From Acidobacteriota bacterium (GTDB lineage Bacteria; Acidobacteriota; UBA6911): 38,380 nt of DNA. This document shows, piece after piece, positions 1 to 9,821 of the stretch. Where the stretch lies: NCBI GenBank assembly GCA_050010475.1, contig JBEKKY010000001.1:1-38380 (forward strand), read 5' to 3'. Position 1 is the first letter of the stretch. Each line of letters opens with the position of its first letter. The position numbers and the translations under genes are program-made. Under the pieces are notes generated by a model, which saw nothing but the letters and a program-made list of their open reading frames with translations, made no database searches and was not told the DNA's origin.

Positions 1-2
1 CG

Positions 3-788
3 GAAAATGTGCTTGCCGAAATCCGGTCTCTGGCGGAGGCCGGTTTTCAGGAAATAGTCCTGACGGGGGTCAATCTGGGCACTTTCGGGCGCAGGATCAA
101 AGGGCGCATGCACCTGATCGATCTTCTCCGTCGCATCATCGAAATCCCTCAACTGGGAAGAGTTCGGCTGAGCAGCATCGAACCGATGCTGCTTGAACGC
201 TCGATCATCGCCCTTGCTGCCGAAAGCCCGATCTTCGCTCATCATTTCCACATTCCGATACAAAGCGGCAGCGACGGGATTCTGCGGCGCATGCGGCGCC
301 CCTACACGTCGGCTCGAATTCGCGAACTTTTTCGAAGCATTCAAAATGCTATCCCGGACGTTGGGCTTGGGACGGATATTCTGGTAGGGTTTCCAGGAGA
401 GACGGAGGAGGACTTTGCTCAGACTTGCGAGTTGATTCAAAGTTCGCCCCTGACCTATCTTCACGTATTTCCATTCTCACCGCGCGAGGGGACGGAAGCT
501 TATTCGCTGCCCGGCCGGATTCCGTCACAATTGATGAAGCAGCGCTTGGGTGCGATTCTCGAAATTTCCCGGTCCCAAAATCTGGCGTTCCGACAACAAT
601 TCGTGGGCAAGGTTCTCCCTGCAATTACGCTCGCAAAAGAGGAAGATCTGGGAACGTCTGTGGCCCTCACTACCAATTACATCCATGTGCGGGTTCGGGA
701 TCTTGCGATCCCTCCAAACCGGCTTGTTGACATCCGTATCGAAGACGTTCAGCCCGCCGCAACGTATGGGACAGTCCTCGGGATCTAG
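3..788 (+). CDS. mtaB: tRNA t6A37 methylthiotransferase MtaB (radical SAM, MiaB family), 5'-truncated by the window edge
   Basis: Motifs EIVLTGVNLG, RVRLSSIEP, HFHIPIQSGSD, DILVGFPGET and LHVFPFSPREGT are typical of MtaB. The frame is open to the window start. Confidence 0.88.
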   Translation, partial: ENVLAEIRSLAEAGFQEIVLTGVNLGTFGRRIKGRMHLIDLLRRIIEIPQLGRVRLSSIEPMLLERSIIALAAESPIFAHHFHIPIQSGSDGILRRMRRPYTSARIRELFRSIQNAIPDVGLGTDILVGFPGETEEDFAQTCELIQSSPLTYLHVFPFSPREGTEAYSLPGRIPSQLMKQRLGAILEISRSQNLAFRQQFVGKVLPAITLAKEEDLGTSVALTTNYIHVRVRDLAIPPNRLVDIRIEDVQPAATYGTVLGI

Positions 789-796
789 GGGAAGTG

Positions 797-862
797 ACCG
801 CGAATTGCCACGGATTCTCGCAGACAAGGAGGGTCCGTGTAAATCTGTGGAAACCCGCAACT
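797..862. repeat. Degenerate inverted repeat with ~10-bp periodic arms (CCACGGATT/AATCTGTGG family)
   Basis: ccgcgaattg ccacggattc tcgcagac ... gtccgtgt aaatctgtgg aaacccgc; related to 22404-22485 and 37918-37941. Confidence 0.65.
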
Positions 863-897
863 TAGTTTTTTAAAGACAACAAGGCCTCCCTATCTGG

Positions 898-917
898 TTT
901 GTGATGTATCTCACAAA
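898..917. promoter_or_regulatory. CRP/FNR-family (or Rex-like) operator, TGTGA-N6-TCACA
   Basis: TTTGTGA TGTATC TCACAAA: perfect 7-bp inverted arms, about 50 bp upstream of the ORF at 966. Confidence 0.6.
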
Positions 918-965
918 GCAGGGTTCGGCATTCGTCGATCAGTTTGCTAGGAGTATTCATAGGCT

Positions 966-1247
966 ATGTTACTACCGTCCATTCTCAGGATATTGGATCA
1001 AGAGCACAATCAGTGGACAATTCCTGAGCACCTGCAGCCCCGGACGCTTCCCCAATTGGAGGGAGCAACGGGCTTGCAAACAATTGAACGGGAGATCGCA
1101 GCTGCCGCCGAGTTAGCAAAACCCTCCGACGTGAAGCCCCAGCCCAAGGGGACTCCGGTAGCCGGACCTTTTCTGGATGAACTGCTCCGGGCCATTACGA
1201 AGTTTGAAAAATCCGATCAGTCGCGCGTAGTGGACGTTTTCGAGTAA
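966..1247 (+). CDS. Small hypothetical protein (93 aa)
   Basis: ATG start, AGGAG at 949-953, fills the gap between mtaB and icd and is followed by a hairpin. No recognisable domain. Confidence 0.6.
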   Translation: MLLPSILRILDQEHNQWTIPEHLQPRTLPQLEGATGLQTIEREIAAAAELAKPSDVKPQPKGTPVAGPFLDELLRAITKFEKSDQSRVVDVFE

Positions 1248-1254
1248 AAGCAAT

Positions 1255-1323
1255 AACCCCGAAACACACAAAAGACACGAAAAGCATAAAGAGAACTTTC
1301 GTGTACTTCGTGTATTTCGTGGT
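1255..1323. repeat. Inverted repeat with 9-bp periodic arms (CACGAAANA / TNTTTCGTG)
   Basis: cccgaaaca cacaaaaga cacgaaaag ... ttcgtgtac ttcgtgtat ttcgtggt; same family as 26735-26785. Confidence 0.85.
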
Positions 1324-1394
1324 CCTCGATGCCCAGACCGAAATCCAGTATTATAGATATTCAGGCATTATTTCCTGAGGCACAAGGAGATGGT

Positions 1395-3629
1395 ATGACA
1401 AAGCAGAATCCAGAGATTATTTGGACTTGGACGGATGAGGCGCCTGCTCTGGCGACGCTGTCTCTCCTGCCAATCGTGCGAGCGTTCACCCGGGGAACGG
1501 GCATTTCCTTAGAATTATGGGATATATCGCTCGCAGGGCGCATAATCGCCAATTTCCCGGAGCACCTTGCCGGGACACAGCGTATGCCGGACTATCTGGC
1601 GCAACTTGGAGAGCTTACCCACCGTCCGGAAGCCAACATAATCAAGCTTCCGAACATATCTGCTTCCATCCCGCAGCTTGCTGATGCCATCAAAGAGCTT
1701 CAGGAGAAGGGGTACAACGTCCCGGATTATCCGGAAAACCCGAGGAACGAATCAGAGAGAGCCATACAGGCGCGTTATGCGAAGGTTCTCGGCAGCGCCG
1801 TGAATCCGGTCATTCGTCAAGGAAACTCGGACCGGCGCGCACCGGCGTCAGTGAAGCAATTTGCCCGGAGACACCCCATCAAGATGGGCGAATGGAGTCC
1901 GGATTCGAAATCTCATGTGGTGCACATGACAGGGGGGGATTTTTATGGCAGCGAGAGGTCTCTCACTTTACAAACGCCGACCGAGGTCCGCTACGAATTT
2001 GTTGCTGATGACGGAAGGGTAGAGGTGCTTAAAAAGAATATGCCCGTACCGGAAAGGGCCGTCCTCGACACATCCGTAATGAATGTCCGTGCACTCCGCT
2101 CCTTTTATGAAGAACAGATCGCGGAGGCAAAACGGCAGGGACTCCTCCTTTCCTTGCATCTCAAGGCCACCATGATGAAGGTATCGGACCCGGTTTTGTT
2201 TGGCCATGCCGTCAGCGTCTATTTCGGTCCTGTTTTTGAAAAGCATGCCGAAACGCTCGAGCAACTTGGCGTTAACCCGGACAATGGTGTGGGGGACTTA
2301 TATGCCAAAATCGAAAACTTGCCGGTGGGGAAGAAAAAAGAAATCGAATCTGACATCCGGGCGCTATATGACGTCCGGCCTCCTCTGGCAATGGTCGACT
2401 CAGACCGGGGAATTACAGGCCTCCATTTCCCCAACCTGGTGATTATAGACGCATCGATGCCGGCGATGATCCGCGACTCGGGGCGGATGTGGGGACCGGA
2501 CGGGAAGCTGCACGACACCAAGGCGATGCTTCCTGACCGTTGCTACTCGACATTTTACAAAGCGATTGTCGAAGACTGTCAACGGCACGGAGCTTTCGAT
2601 CAGAAAACGATGGGCAGCGTGCCGAATGTCGGGCTCATGGCTCAGGAAGCTGAGGAGTACGGCTCGCACGACAAGACGTTCATCGCGGCCGGCTCGGGGA
2701 TCATTCGGGTCGTGAGCGAAGCGACAGGTCAAACGCTGCTCGAACAAAAGGTAGAGAAAGGAGACGTTTTTCGTTCGTGCCGGACAACGGATGCGGCAAT
2801 CCAAGACTGGGTAAAACTGGCAGTGCGTCGAGCCCGGGCGACCGGTGTGCCGGCCGTGTTCTGGCTTGACAAGAACCGAGCCCATGATCGAGAGGTGATA
2901 AAAAAGGTCGGACTTTATTTAAAGGACCACGATACCAAGGGTCTGGACATCCGCATTATGGATCCCGTTGAGGCAATGAATTTCTCTTTGGAACGAATCC
3001 GGAAGGGACAGGACACCATCTCGGTGGGTGGCAATATCATTCGTGACTACCTGACCGATCTCTTCCCTATTCTCGAGATCGGCACGTCGGGCAAAGTGTG
3101 GTCGATTGTGCCGCTGCTTGCCGGCGGCGGGCTTTTTGAAACCGGCGCGGGCGGATCGGCTCCGAAGCATGTGCAGCAGTTCCAAAAGGAGGGTTATCTC
3201 CGTTGGGATTCGCTTGGGGAATTTCTGGGACTGGAAGCGTCGCTGGAACATCTTGGCGGCGCATTCAAAAATGAGCGGGCGGCGCTCCTCGCCGAAACAC
3301 TTGACCAGGCAATCGGCAAATTTCTCGACGAAAACAAATCCCCTGCTCGCAAAGTGGGCGGGATCGATAATCGCGGCAGCCACTTCTATCTCGCGCTGTA
3401 CTGGGCCGAAGCGCTTGCCGCGCAGTCGAAAGACAAGGAGATGCAGAAGCGATTTGCCGGAATCGCCAAACAACTGAGCGAAAACGAGGCGAAGATCAAC
3501 GCCGATTTGCTGGCAGCGCAGAGGAGGCCTGTGGACATGGGCGGCTACTACTATCCGGATCTCGTGAAAACAACAGAAGCGATGCGACCGAGCCCCACTC
3601 TGAACGCCATCATTGACGCCATTTGTTAA
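1395..3629 (+). CDS. icd: Monomeric NADP-dependent isocitrate dehydrogenase
   Basis: [89 protein letters not shown] at 1395 follows AAGGAG. Confidence 0.97.
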   Translation: MTKQNPEIIWTWTDEAPALATLSLLPIVRAFTRGTGISLELWDISLAGRIIANFPEHLAGTQRMPDYLAQLGELTHRPEANIIKLPNISASIPQLADAIKELQEKGYNVPDYPENPRNESERAIQARYAKVLGSAVNPVIRQGNSDRRAPASVKQFARRHPIKMGEWSPDSKSHVVHMTGGDFYGSERSLTLQTPTEVRYEFVADDGRVEVLKKNMPVPERAVLDTSVMNVRALRSFYEEQIAEAKRQGLLLSLHLKATMMKVSDPVLFGHAVSVYFGPVFEKHAETLEQLGVNPDNGVGDLYAKIENLPVGKKKEIESDIRALYDVRPPLAMVDSDRGITGLHFPNLVIIDASMPAMIRDSGRMWGPDGKLHDTKAMLPDRCYSTFYKAIVEDCQRHGAFDQKTMGSVPNVGLMAQEAEEYGSHDKTFIAAGSGIIRVVSEATGQTLLEQKVEKGDVFRSCRTTDAAIQDWVKLAVRRARATGVPAVFWLDKNRAHDREVIKKVGLYLKDHDTKGLDIRIMDPVEAMNFSLERIRKGQDTISVGGNIIRDYLTDLFPILEIGTSGKVWSIVPLLAGGGLFETGAGGSAPKHVQQFQKEGYLRWDSLGEFLGLEASLEHLGGAFKNERAALLAETLDQAIGKFLDENKSPARKVGGIDNRGSHFYLALYWAEALAAQSKDKEMQKRFAGIAKQLSENEAKINADLLAAQRRPVDMGGYYYPDLVKTTEAMRPSPTLNAIIDAIC

Positions 3630-3658
3630 GGCTCCATCGGCCAGGCAGCACAACGATA

Positions 3659-3732
3659 ATTGACGATTTACGATTGACGATTGTAGATTGCAACGCCTTT
3701 CAATCGTCATTCGTCAATCGTAAATCGTAAAT
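3659..3732. repeat. Inverted repeat of tandem heptamers (ATTGACG)n ... (CGTCAAT)n between convergent icd and acpS
   Basis: attgacg atttacg attgacg attgtag attg - 10-nt loop - caat cgtcatt cgtcaat cgtaaat cgtaaat. Confidence 0.9.
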
Positions 3733-3742
3733 ATGAAGGGCG

Positions 3743-4117
3743 TCACTCCAGAATAACCATGGCAATGGCGCAGTTGTCGGAGTGAGTAAGACTGAGATGC
3801 ACCCTTTGCACTCCTAATTCGTTGCTGAGTCTCTGGGCTTCTCCATGCAATATGATCTTCGGCGCATCCTGTCTTTCTCTCTGCACCTCGACGTCAAGCC
3901 AAGTCACTCCCTTGGCCCATCCTGTGCCCAAAGCCTTAAAAAGGGCCTCTTTCGCGGCGAAGCGCACGGCAAAATGCGGAACGGGATCGCGGTGTTGTTT
4001 GCAAAATTGCTGTTCTCCAGGAGTAAAAACTCTGGAAAGGAACCTGTCCTTCAACCTCTCCATTACCTTGCGAAAGCGCAAAATCTCAACCAGATCCACT
4101 CCAGTGCCAATAATCAT
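3743..4117 (-). CDS. acpS: Holo-[acyl-carrier-protein] synthase
   Basis: MIIGTGVDLVE, RFAAKEALFKALGTG, HLSLTH; GGAG RBS. Confidence 0.97.
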   Translation of the reverse strand: MIIGTGVDLVEILRFRKVMERLKDRFLSRVFTPGEQQFCKQHRDPVPHFAVRFAAKEALFKALGTGWAKGVTWLDVEVQRERQDAPKIILHGEAQRLSNELGVQRVHLSLTHSDNCAIAMVILE

Positions 4118-4167
4118 CGCTCAGCTCCGAGTTGACAGAGGTGGACGTGACACCTCAATATTCGAAC

Positions 4168-4983
4168 ATGAGGATGGACGGTTTTATCCTTCATGATTTC
4201 CATGGAATACGCTATTACAGCTGCAGAGCATTGGAAACCCTGCCTCGCGTCTGTCATGGTTTCTCCACCCGATGGGGCGGCTTTGCGGCTGCTGGCGAAT
4301 CCCCACTGAATCTCGGCTATGCTTCATGGGATTCTGTTGAGCGGGTTGAGGGAAATCGACAACGCTTTCTTTCCGCGCTGAACCTTGGAGATTCGCGTCT
4401 TGCCACATTAAACCAGGTTCACTCCAACCGTGTGTATATCATAGACGATAATCCCGGCGATGGGAACCGGCCACAAGCAGATGCGCTTGCAACCAGAGGG
4501 GAAGGCATCGCACTTGCCGTCCAAACTGCCGATTGCCTGCCCGTCCTGATTGCCGATCCTGTAAAACGCGCGGTAGCGGCGGTTCATTCAGGCTGGAGGG
4601 GAACCCTCGCGCGAGTGTTGCTTCAGACAATATTCGAAATGGAGAAGGCTTTCGACAGCAGGCCGTCAGACCTGATCGTTGCGGTCGGACCCGGAATTCG
4701 AGCGTGCTGCTTTGAAGTGGGACCGGAAGTTGCGGATCTCTTCGAAAAGGATTACGCGCCCAGCAAACTGCTGCGTCCCGCCGAAGGCCGGCCGGGAAAG
4801 TACTTTCTGGACCTGAGCAAGGCACTGGAAGCCCAGATGGATCTTGCCGGCGTCCATGTCGAGAATCGTTATGATCTGGGCGCGTGTACCCGATGCGGCG
4901 CCGACAGGTTTTTCTCACACCGTGCCGAGGGATCCGCCGCGGGCCGGATGATGGCCGTAATCGGCATGAGGAAGAGAGACTGA
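4168..4983 (+). CDS. pgeF: Peptidoglycan editing factor PgeF / YfiH laccase-domain purine nucleoside phosphorylase
   Basis: HGFSTR, QVHS, ADAL, TADCLPVL, AVHSGWRG, GPGIRACCFEVG, FFSHR, GRM. Start is ATG 4168 or 4174. Confidence 0.93.
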   Translation: MRMDGFILHDFHGIRYYSCRALETLPRVCHGFSTRWGGFAAAGESPLNLGYASWDSVERVEGNRQRFLSALNLGDSRLATLNQVHSNRVYIIDDNPGDGNRPQADALATRGEGIALAVQTADCLPVLIADPVKRAVAAVHSGWRGTLARVLLQTIFEMEKAFDSRPSDLIVAVGPGIRACCFEVGPEVADLFEKDYAPSKLLRPAEGRPGKYFLDLSKALEAQMDLAGVHVENRYDLGACTRCGADRFFSHRAEGSAAGRMMAVIGMRKRD

Positions 4984-4995
4984 CCGTTATCGCTT

Positions 4996-5035
4996 TCAAT
5001 CGTCAATTGTCAATCGTCAATCGTCAATTGTCAGT
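4996..5035. repeat. Tandem heptamer array (YGTCAAT)x5, single arm; the last unit contains the rlmN stop codon
   Basis: caat cgtcaat tgtcaat cgtcaat cgtcaat tgtcagt. Confidence 0.9.
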
Positions 5036-6074
5036 TCCCGGCCGCCTGTTCGCGCCCTGCCAGCATGCCGCAAGCCGCTGAGACATCGTCTCCCCGGGGA
5101 CGACGGACATTAACGGTTATGTGGTGATCGACGAGAATCTTCTGGAAAGCCAGGATGCGCTCCTGGCCTGGAGTTTTCAGAGGAATCCACGGATCCGCAT
5201 TGAGCGGAATCAGATTGATCTTCTTTCGGAGACCTCGAAGCAGGTGAACAAGCCGGCGCGCATCTTCATCCGAGTCGTTGATCCCTTCGATCAGGACATA
5301 CTCGAATGTAATCCGCCTGCGCTGAGCGATGGGAAAACTGCGGCACGCCTCGAGCAGAGTTGCGATATTCCATTTTTTATTGATCGGAATGAGTAAATCC
5401 CGCACGGAATCGGTTGTGGCATTGAGCGAAATCGCGAGGTTGGGGATGACCGGTTCTTCGGCAAGCCGGCGGATTCCCGGAACTACACCCGATGTGGACA
5501 GGGTAACGCGCCTGGGCGAGATGCACATCCCCTGTTCATCCGTCAGCAGACGTATGGATTTCATCACATTTTCATAGTTGTTCAGTGGTTCTCCCATGCC
5601 CATGATTACGACGTTCAGGCGTTTCGGAATGGTGCCCCGGTCGGCCTGAAGCGCCATGATCTGGCCGACGATCTCACCGGGAGACAAATTGCGGCGCATC
5701 GGCAGCCTGCCGGTCACGCAAAAAAGGCACCCTACGGCACATCCGACCTGAGTCGATACGCAGAAGGTGTCCCTTCGCTCTTCCGGGATGAAGACGGATT
5801 CGATTTTTTGGCTGGCCCCGACCCGGAACAGATATCGCCGCGTTCCGTCCTCCGATACAAATACCTGCTGCACGGAAGGGATTTCTATCCTGAAATTTTC
5901 CTTGAGCCTTTCGCGAAATGGCTTCGCAAGATCTGTGAACTCATCCCAGGAATGAAGCCGGCGGCGATATATTCCTGCATAAATCTGGCGGCAACGGTAT
6001 CGCGGCTCATTCATGCCTTCGAGGGCAGCTTCGATTTCTTCGAGACTCGCCCCACACAGGTTCGTTGTTTCCAT
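5031..6074 (-). CDS. rlmN: 23S rRNA A2503 / tRNA A37 C2-methyltransferase RlmN
   Basis: CVSTQVGCAVGCLFC (CxxxCxxC), MGMGEPL, STSG, AISLNA, FEYVL, AACGML. Likely start ATG 6074. Confidence 0.97.
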   Translation of the reverse strand: METTNLCGASLEEIEAALEGMNEPRYRCRQIYAGIYRRRLHSWDEFTDLAKPFRERLKENFRIEIPSVQQVFVSEDGTRRYLFRVGASQKIESVFIPEERRDTFCVSTQVGCAVGCLFCVTGRLPMRRNLSPGEIVGQIMALQADRGTIPKRLNVVIMGMGEPLNNYENVMKSIRLLTDEQGMCISPRRVTLSTSGVVPGIRRLAEEPVIPNLAISLNATTDSVRDLLIPINKKWNIATLLEACRSFPIAQRRRITFEYVLIEGINDSDEDARRLVHLLRGLRKKINLIPLNADPWIPLKTPGQERILAFQKILVDHHITVNVRRPRGDDVSAACGMLAGREQAAGN

Positions 6075-6097
6075 TTGAATTAAGCTTTCTCTCTGCA

Positions 6098-6106
6098 ACA
6101 ATACCA
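6098..6106 (-). promoter_or_regulatory. Extended -10 candidate for rlmN
   Basis: TG-G-TATTGT on the minus strand, about 24 nt upstream of ATG 6074. Confidence 0.4.
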
Positions 6107-6109
6107 TTT

Positions 6110-6158
6110 TCAGTCGTCAGTCGTCAGCGTGGCTCACTGAAGACTAACGACTGACGAC
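6110..6158. repeat. Inverted repeat of tandem heptamers (TCAGTCG)n ... (CTGACGA)n
   Basis: tcagtcg tcagtcg tcag ... ctgaaga ctaacga ctgacga c, between divergent genes. Confidence 0.8.
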
Positions 6159-6229
6159 GGTTTGGGCCTTCAGGCCCGAGCGAGAATGTGGTAAGTAATA
6201 ACGGGATAAACTTGAAACATCCAACAACC

Positions 6230-7492
6230 ATGGATATCCAGAAGAGGGAAATGAGGAACGGCCTTGTGATTGCTTCCGAGGTCATGCCTCACCTGCGATC
6301 GGTCTCTTTGGGGGTCTGGGTAAAATGCGGGTCTCGTTTCGAAAGAGCCGAGAAGACCGGAATTTCCCATTTCATCGAGCATTTGCTGTTCAAGGGCACT
6401 AAAACCCGTTCCGCTGCGCGGATTGCGGAAGCGATCGATTCGGTCGGCGGTCAGTTAAACGCTTTTACAGAAAAGGAGTACGTCGGTTTTTACGCCAAGG
6501 TATTGGACGAGCATCTTCCGTTGGCTTTTGACCTCGTTTCGGACATTGTTCTGAACCCGACATTTCCGAGTACCGAAATAACTCTGGAACGGAACGTGAT
6601 CTTTGAAGAGATCAACATGGTCGAGGATTCGCCGCAGGAATTAATTCTCGATATTTATACGGAGAGCTTCTGGAGAAACCACCCTCTTGGAAGACCTATT
6701 TCAGGGACAAAGAAATCGGTTGCCCGGATTGGCCGCGCGGATGTGAAGAAATTTTTTCAAAACAATTATAACGCCAGCAACATGGTTATTGCCGTGGCAG
6801 GCAATATCCAGCACCGGGAAGTCCAAAAACTTGCCGAGCGCTATTTTTCCGGCCTGAAACCGGGAGTTGCCACGGATCCGGGGAAGCCGCCCGGAATCCA
6901 TTCCGGGAGTCTGATTCGTCACAAAGCCCATCTTGAGCAGACCCATATATGCCTGGGAACCGTTTCGCCTCCGATCGCGTCGGAGGAACGCTATTGCTCT
7001 CATCTTCTATGCAACATTCTGGGCGGAGGCATGAGCTCGAGGCTTTTCCAGAACATACGCGAGAAACGCGGGCTGGTGTATTCGATTTATTCGATGCTGA
7101 ACCTTTATCATGATACGGGAGCGCTGGTAGTCTATGCCGGCAGCGCACCCGAGAAGGCATTGGAAGTTGTCGAATTGACTCTGAAAGAATTCGGAACTTT
7201 GAGAAAGCAGATCGTTTCCGCTCAGGAGTTGAAACGGGCCAAGGAAAACATCAAAGGCTCCGTCATGCTGGGACTTGAGAGCTCCAGCAGCCGGATGACG
7301 CATCTGGCGCAACAATTAATCTACTATGGCCGCTTTTACAGGCTGGAAGAGATCCTCGACGCAGTGGAACGGGTCACGGCGCGAGAGATCCGCGACTTGG
7401 CGAATAGGATATTTGATCCTTCTTCCTTGGCCCTGGCGGCACTAAGCAGCCGAGACGGTGAAGAGCTGAAATCGGTGGCATTGGACATGTAA
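6230..7492 (+). CDS. M16 family (pitrilysin/insulinase) zinc peptidase
   Basis: Inverted zincin HFIEH, NAFT, GGGMSSRLFQNIREKRGLVY. Likely start ATG 6230. Confidence 0.95.
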   Translation: MDIQKREMRNGLVIASEVMPHLRSVSLGVWVKCGSRFERAEKTGISHFIEHLLFKGTKTRSAARIAEAIDSVGGQLNAFTEKEYVGFYAKVLDEHLPLAFDLVSDIVLNPTFPSTEITLERNVIFEEINMVEDSPQELILDIYTESFWRNHPLGRPISGTKKSVARIGRADVKKFFQNNYNASNMVIAVAGNIQHREVQKLAERYFSGLKPGVATDPGKPPGIHSGSLIRHKAHLEQTHICLGTVSPPIASEERYCSHLLCNILGGGMSSRLFQNIREKRGLVYSIYSMLNLYHDTGALVVYAGSAPEKALEVVELTLKEFGTLRKQIVSAQELKRAKENIKGSVMLGLESSSSRMTHLAQQLIYYGRFYRLEEILDAVERVTAREIRDLANRIFDPSSLALAALSSRDGEELKSVALDM

Positions 7493-7495
7493 TCC

Positions 7496-8281
7496 ATGGG
7501 GCTGAGCTTTATATTACTGGGCAGCGGCAGCTCGGGGAATGCAACTTTGGTTAGCGATGGCGCAAAGCATATCCTGGTGGATGCCGGACTGAGCGGACGC
7601 GAGACTGCAAGACGATTGAGGGAATGCGGGCTGGAGCCCGAGGATGTATCGGCAATCGTGATTTCGCACGAACACGGCGATCATTGCCGCGGCGTCGGGC
7701 CGTTCTCGAAAGACCTCGACATTCCGGTCTTCATGACCGATGGGGCTTTCGGCAGTTCCGGTCTGGTTCTGGATCCGAAAAGGCGCCGGCCGATCAGTCC
7801 CGGGGAACAGTTCGATGTGCATGGAATTTGTTTCACCTGTTTCTCCGTGCCGCATGATTCCGCAGATCCGCTCGGCTTCATCATTGAGAATGGTGGAATC
7901 AAAATCGGGATCGTGCTGGACTTGGGATATCTCTCCAATCTTGTTCTCGAGCGCCTGAAAGGCTGTGACGCGGTCGTGATTGAATCAAACCACGATGTCC
8001 AAATGCTCAAGGTGGGGCCATACCCGTGGGCTTTGAAGCAGCGGGTCATGAGTCGGCTCGGCCATCTCTCCAATGATTCGGTTGCGCAATATTTAAAGGA
8101 CGATTTTGACGGGAAGGCCACCCACGTGATTTTGGCTCACCTGAGCAAGAATAACAATCTTCCCGAGCTGGCCTTGCTGTCTGCTCAAAGAGCATTGGAG
8201 TCACGACCGACGTCCGCCGTATTGCAGACAAAGCTGGAATTGGCCAAACCCGACCGGATCAGCAGGACGTATCGCTATTAA
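7496..8281 (+). CDS. MBL-fold metallo-hydrolase (YycJ/WalJ-like)
   Basis: LGSGSSGNA, SHEHGDH, PHD, DLG, ESNHD, GHLSN, LAHLS. Confidence 0.92.
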   Translation: MGLSFILLGSGSSGNATLVSDGAKHILVDAGLSGRETARRLRECGLEPEDVSAIVISHEHGDHCRGVGPFSKDLDIPVFMTDGAFGSSGLVLDPKRRRPISPGEQFDVHGICFTCFSVPHDSADPLGFIIENGGIKIGIVLDLGYLSNLVLERLKGCDAVVIESNHDVQMLKVGPYPWALKQRVMSRLGHLSNDSVAQYLKDDFDGKATHVILAHLSKNNNLPELALLSAQRALESRPTSAVLQTKLELAKPDRISRTYRY

Positions 8282-8320
8282 AAAATTGCGAACCAAATGA
8301 GTTCGACGAAAAGGCTTTTG

Positions 8321-8464
8321 AACCGCAGAATATCGAACAAGAAATGTCGAATTTCGAAGTGCCAGATCAGGACGGGATGATTTCTGCGGTTCGAAATTCT
8401 AAATTTCAAATATTTTTGTTTAGGAATGTTGAATATTTCGAGACTCGGGTTTCGAAGTCTCGGA
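8321..8464. repeat. Degenerate heptamer-periodic inverted repeat (AATATCG/AATTTCG type) plus a small hairpin
   Basis: gaaccgcag aatatcg aacaaga aatgtcg aatttcg ... ttctgcggttc gaaattc taaattt caaatat, then cgagact...agtctcg. Confidence 0.7.
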
Positions 8465-8478
8465 GAGGAACGGACGTC

Positions 8479-9774
8479 ATGATCGACCGTTACATGCCCC
8501 CCGATTTTGCAGAGATCTGGTCGGAAGAGAATATGTTCCGCACCTGGTTGAAGGTGGAGCTGGAGGTCTGCCGGATGCTTGCCGAAAAGGGCTGGATACC
8601 CAGGGAATCCCTGGAGACCATTGAAAAAAAGGCAAACTTTTCCGTTGCCCGGATCAAGGAAATCGAGAACGTGACGCACCACGACCTGATTGCTTTTACG
8701 ACGAGCGTTGCGGAGTATGTCGGGCCGGACTCGCGATACATTCACTGGGGCCTTACCTCCACCGACGTGATCGATACCGCCCGTGGCCTGCAGCTGAAGC
8801 AGGCCAGCGACAAAATACTTGCCGCGATCGAAGAGCTTCGCGAAGCTATACGGCAAAGGGCGCAGGAACACCGCAAAACTCTCGTGATGGGGCGGACTCA
8901 TGGTGTGCACGCGGAACTGACGACGTTTGGGCTGAAGCTGGCCGTCTGGTATGACGAGATGAGGCGCAATCTGGAACGCATGCAGCGGGCATCAGAAGCG
9001 GTTGCGGTGGGAAAATTGTCGGGCGCCGTCGGAACTTTTGCTCATCTCGATCCGGATGTCGAGGCGCGCGTGTGCGAGCGCCTGGGATTGAAAGCGGCGC
9101 CCATATCCACTCAGACGCTTCAGCGAGACCGGCACGCCGAATATCTTTGCACCATTGCCATTATCGGGAGCTCACTGGACAAATTTGCGACCGAGATCCG
9201 GCATCTCCAGAGAACCGAAGTGAGGGAAGCCGAAGAACCCTTTGCCGCCGGACAGAAGGGCTCCTCCGCCATGCCCCACAAACGGAATCCGGTCAAATGC
9301 GAGCAGATTTCCGGATTGTCCCGGCTGCTGCGCGGATACGCCATCACGGCGCTGGAAAATGTTCCGCTCTGGCATGAACGGGATATTTCCCATTCCTCAG
9401 TGGAGCGTGTCACTCTGCCCGATGCGACTTCTGTTCTTTGCTACATGCTCCGCGCGATGACCAAAATCATTTCCAGAATGGTGGTCTATCCGGACCGGAT
9501 GCTCAAAAATATTGAACTGACGCGGGGTCTTGCTTATTCGGGCCAGTTGCTCCTGGATCTCACGCGCAAAGGGGTCTTGCGTGAAGATGCGTACCGCTGG
9601 ATTCAGCGGTGCTCCATGAAAGTGTGGGACGAGGATAAAGATTTTGTTCGAGTCCTTCAGGAAGACCCCGACATTACCCGCGTGCTCACTGGCGAAGAAA
9701 TCCGATCGGTTGTGAATCCGGAACTCCAGCTGCGCAATGTGGACGCTATCTTTGCCCGGGTATTTGACCGCTAG
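8479..9774 (+). CDS. purB: Adenylosuccinate lyase
   Basis: MIDRY, HHDLIAF, HWGLTSTD, GRTHGVHA, QKGSSAMPHKRNP, WHERDISHSSVER; GAGAGG RBS. Confidence 0.98.
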   Translation: MIDRYMPPDFAEIWSEENMFRTWLKVELEVCRMLAEKGWIPRESLETIEKKANFSVARIKEIENVTHHDLIAFTTSVAEYVGPDSRYIHWGLTSTDVIDTARGLQLKQASDKILAAIEELREAIRQRAQEHRKTLVMGRTHGVHAELTTFGLKLAVWYDEMRRNLERMQRASEAVAVGKLSGAVGTFAHLDPDVEARVCERLGLKAAPISTQTLQRDRHAEYLCTIAIIGSSLDKFATEIRHLQRTEVREAEEPFAAGQKGSSAMPHKRNPVKCEQISGLSRLLRGYAITALENVPLWHERDISHSSVERVTLPDATSVLCYMLRAMTKIISRMVVYPDRMLKNIELTRGLAYSGQLLLDLTRKGVLREDAYRWIQRCSMKVWDEDKDFVRVLQEDPDITRVLTGEEIRSVVNPELQLRNVDAIFARVFDR

Positions 9775-9802
9775 CCGGTTGGGAATCGTGGTTGGATCAG
9801 AA

Positions 9803-9820
9803 AACGGGGAACGGGGAACG
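9803..9820. repeat. Short tandem heptamer (AACGGGG)x2.6
   Basis: Same unit as 24527-24677; lies between convergent genes. Confidence 0.65.
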
Positions 9821-9821
9821 A

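Noticed and set aside
1395-3629. Substitutions in conserved IDH segments (QGNSDRR, GTSGKVW)
   Set aside because: Catalytic and NADP-binding residues appear retained, so this is most likely ordinary divergence.
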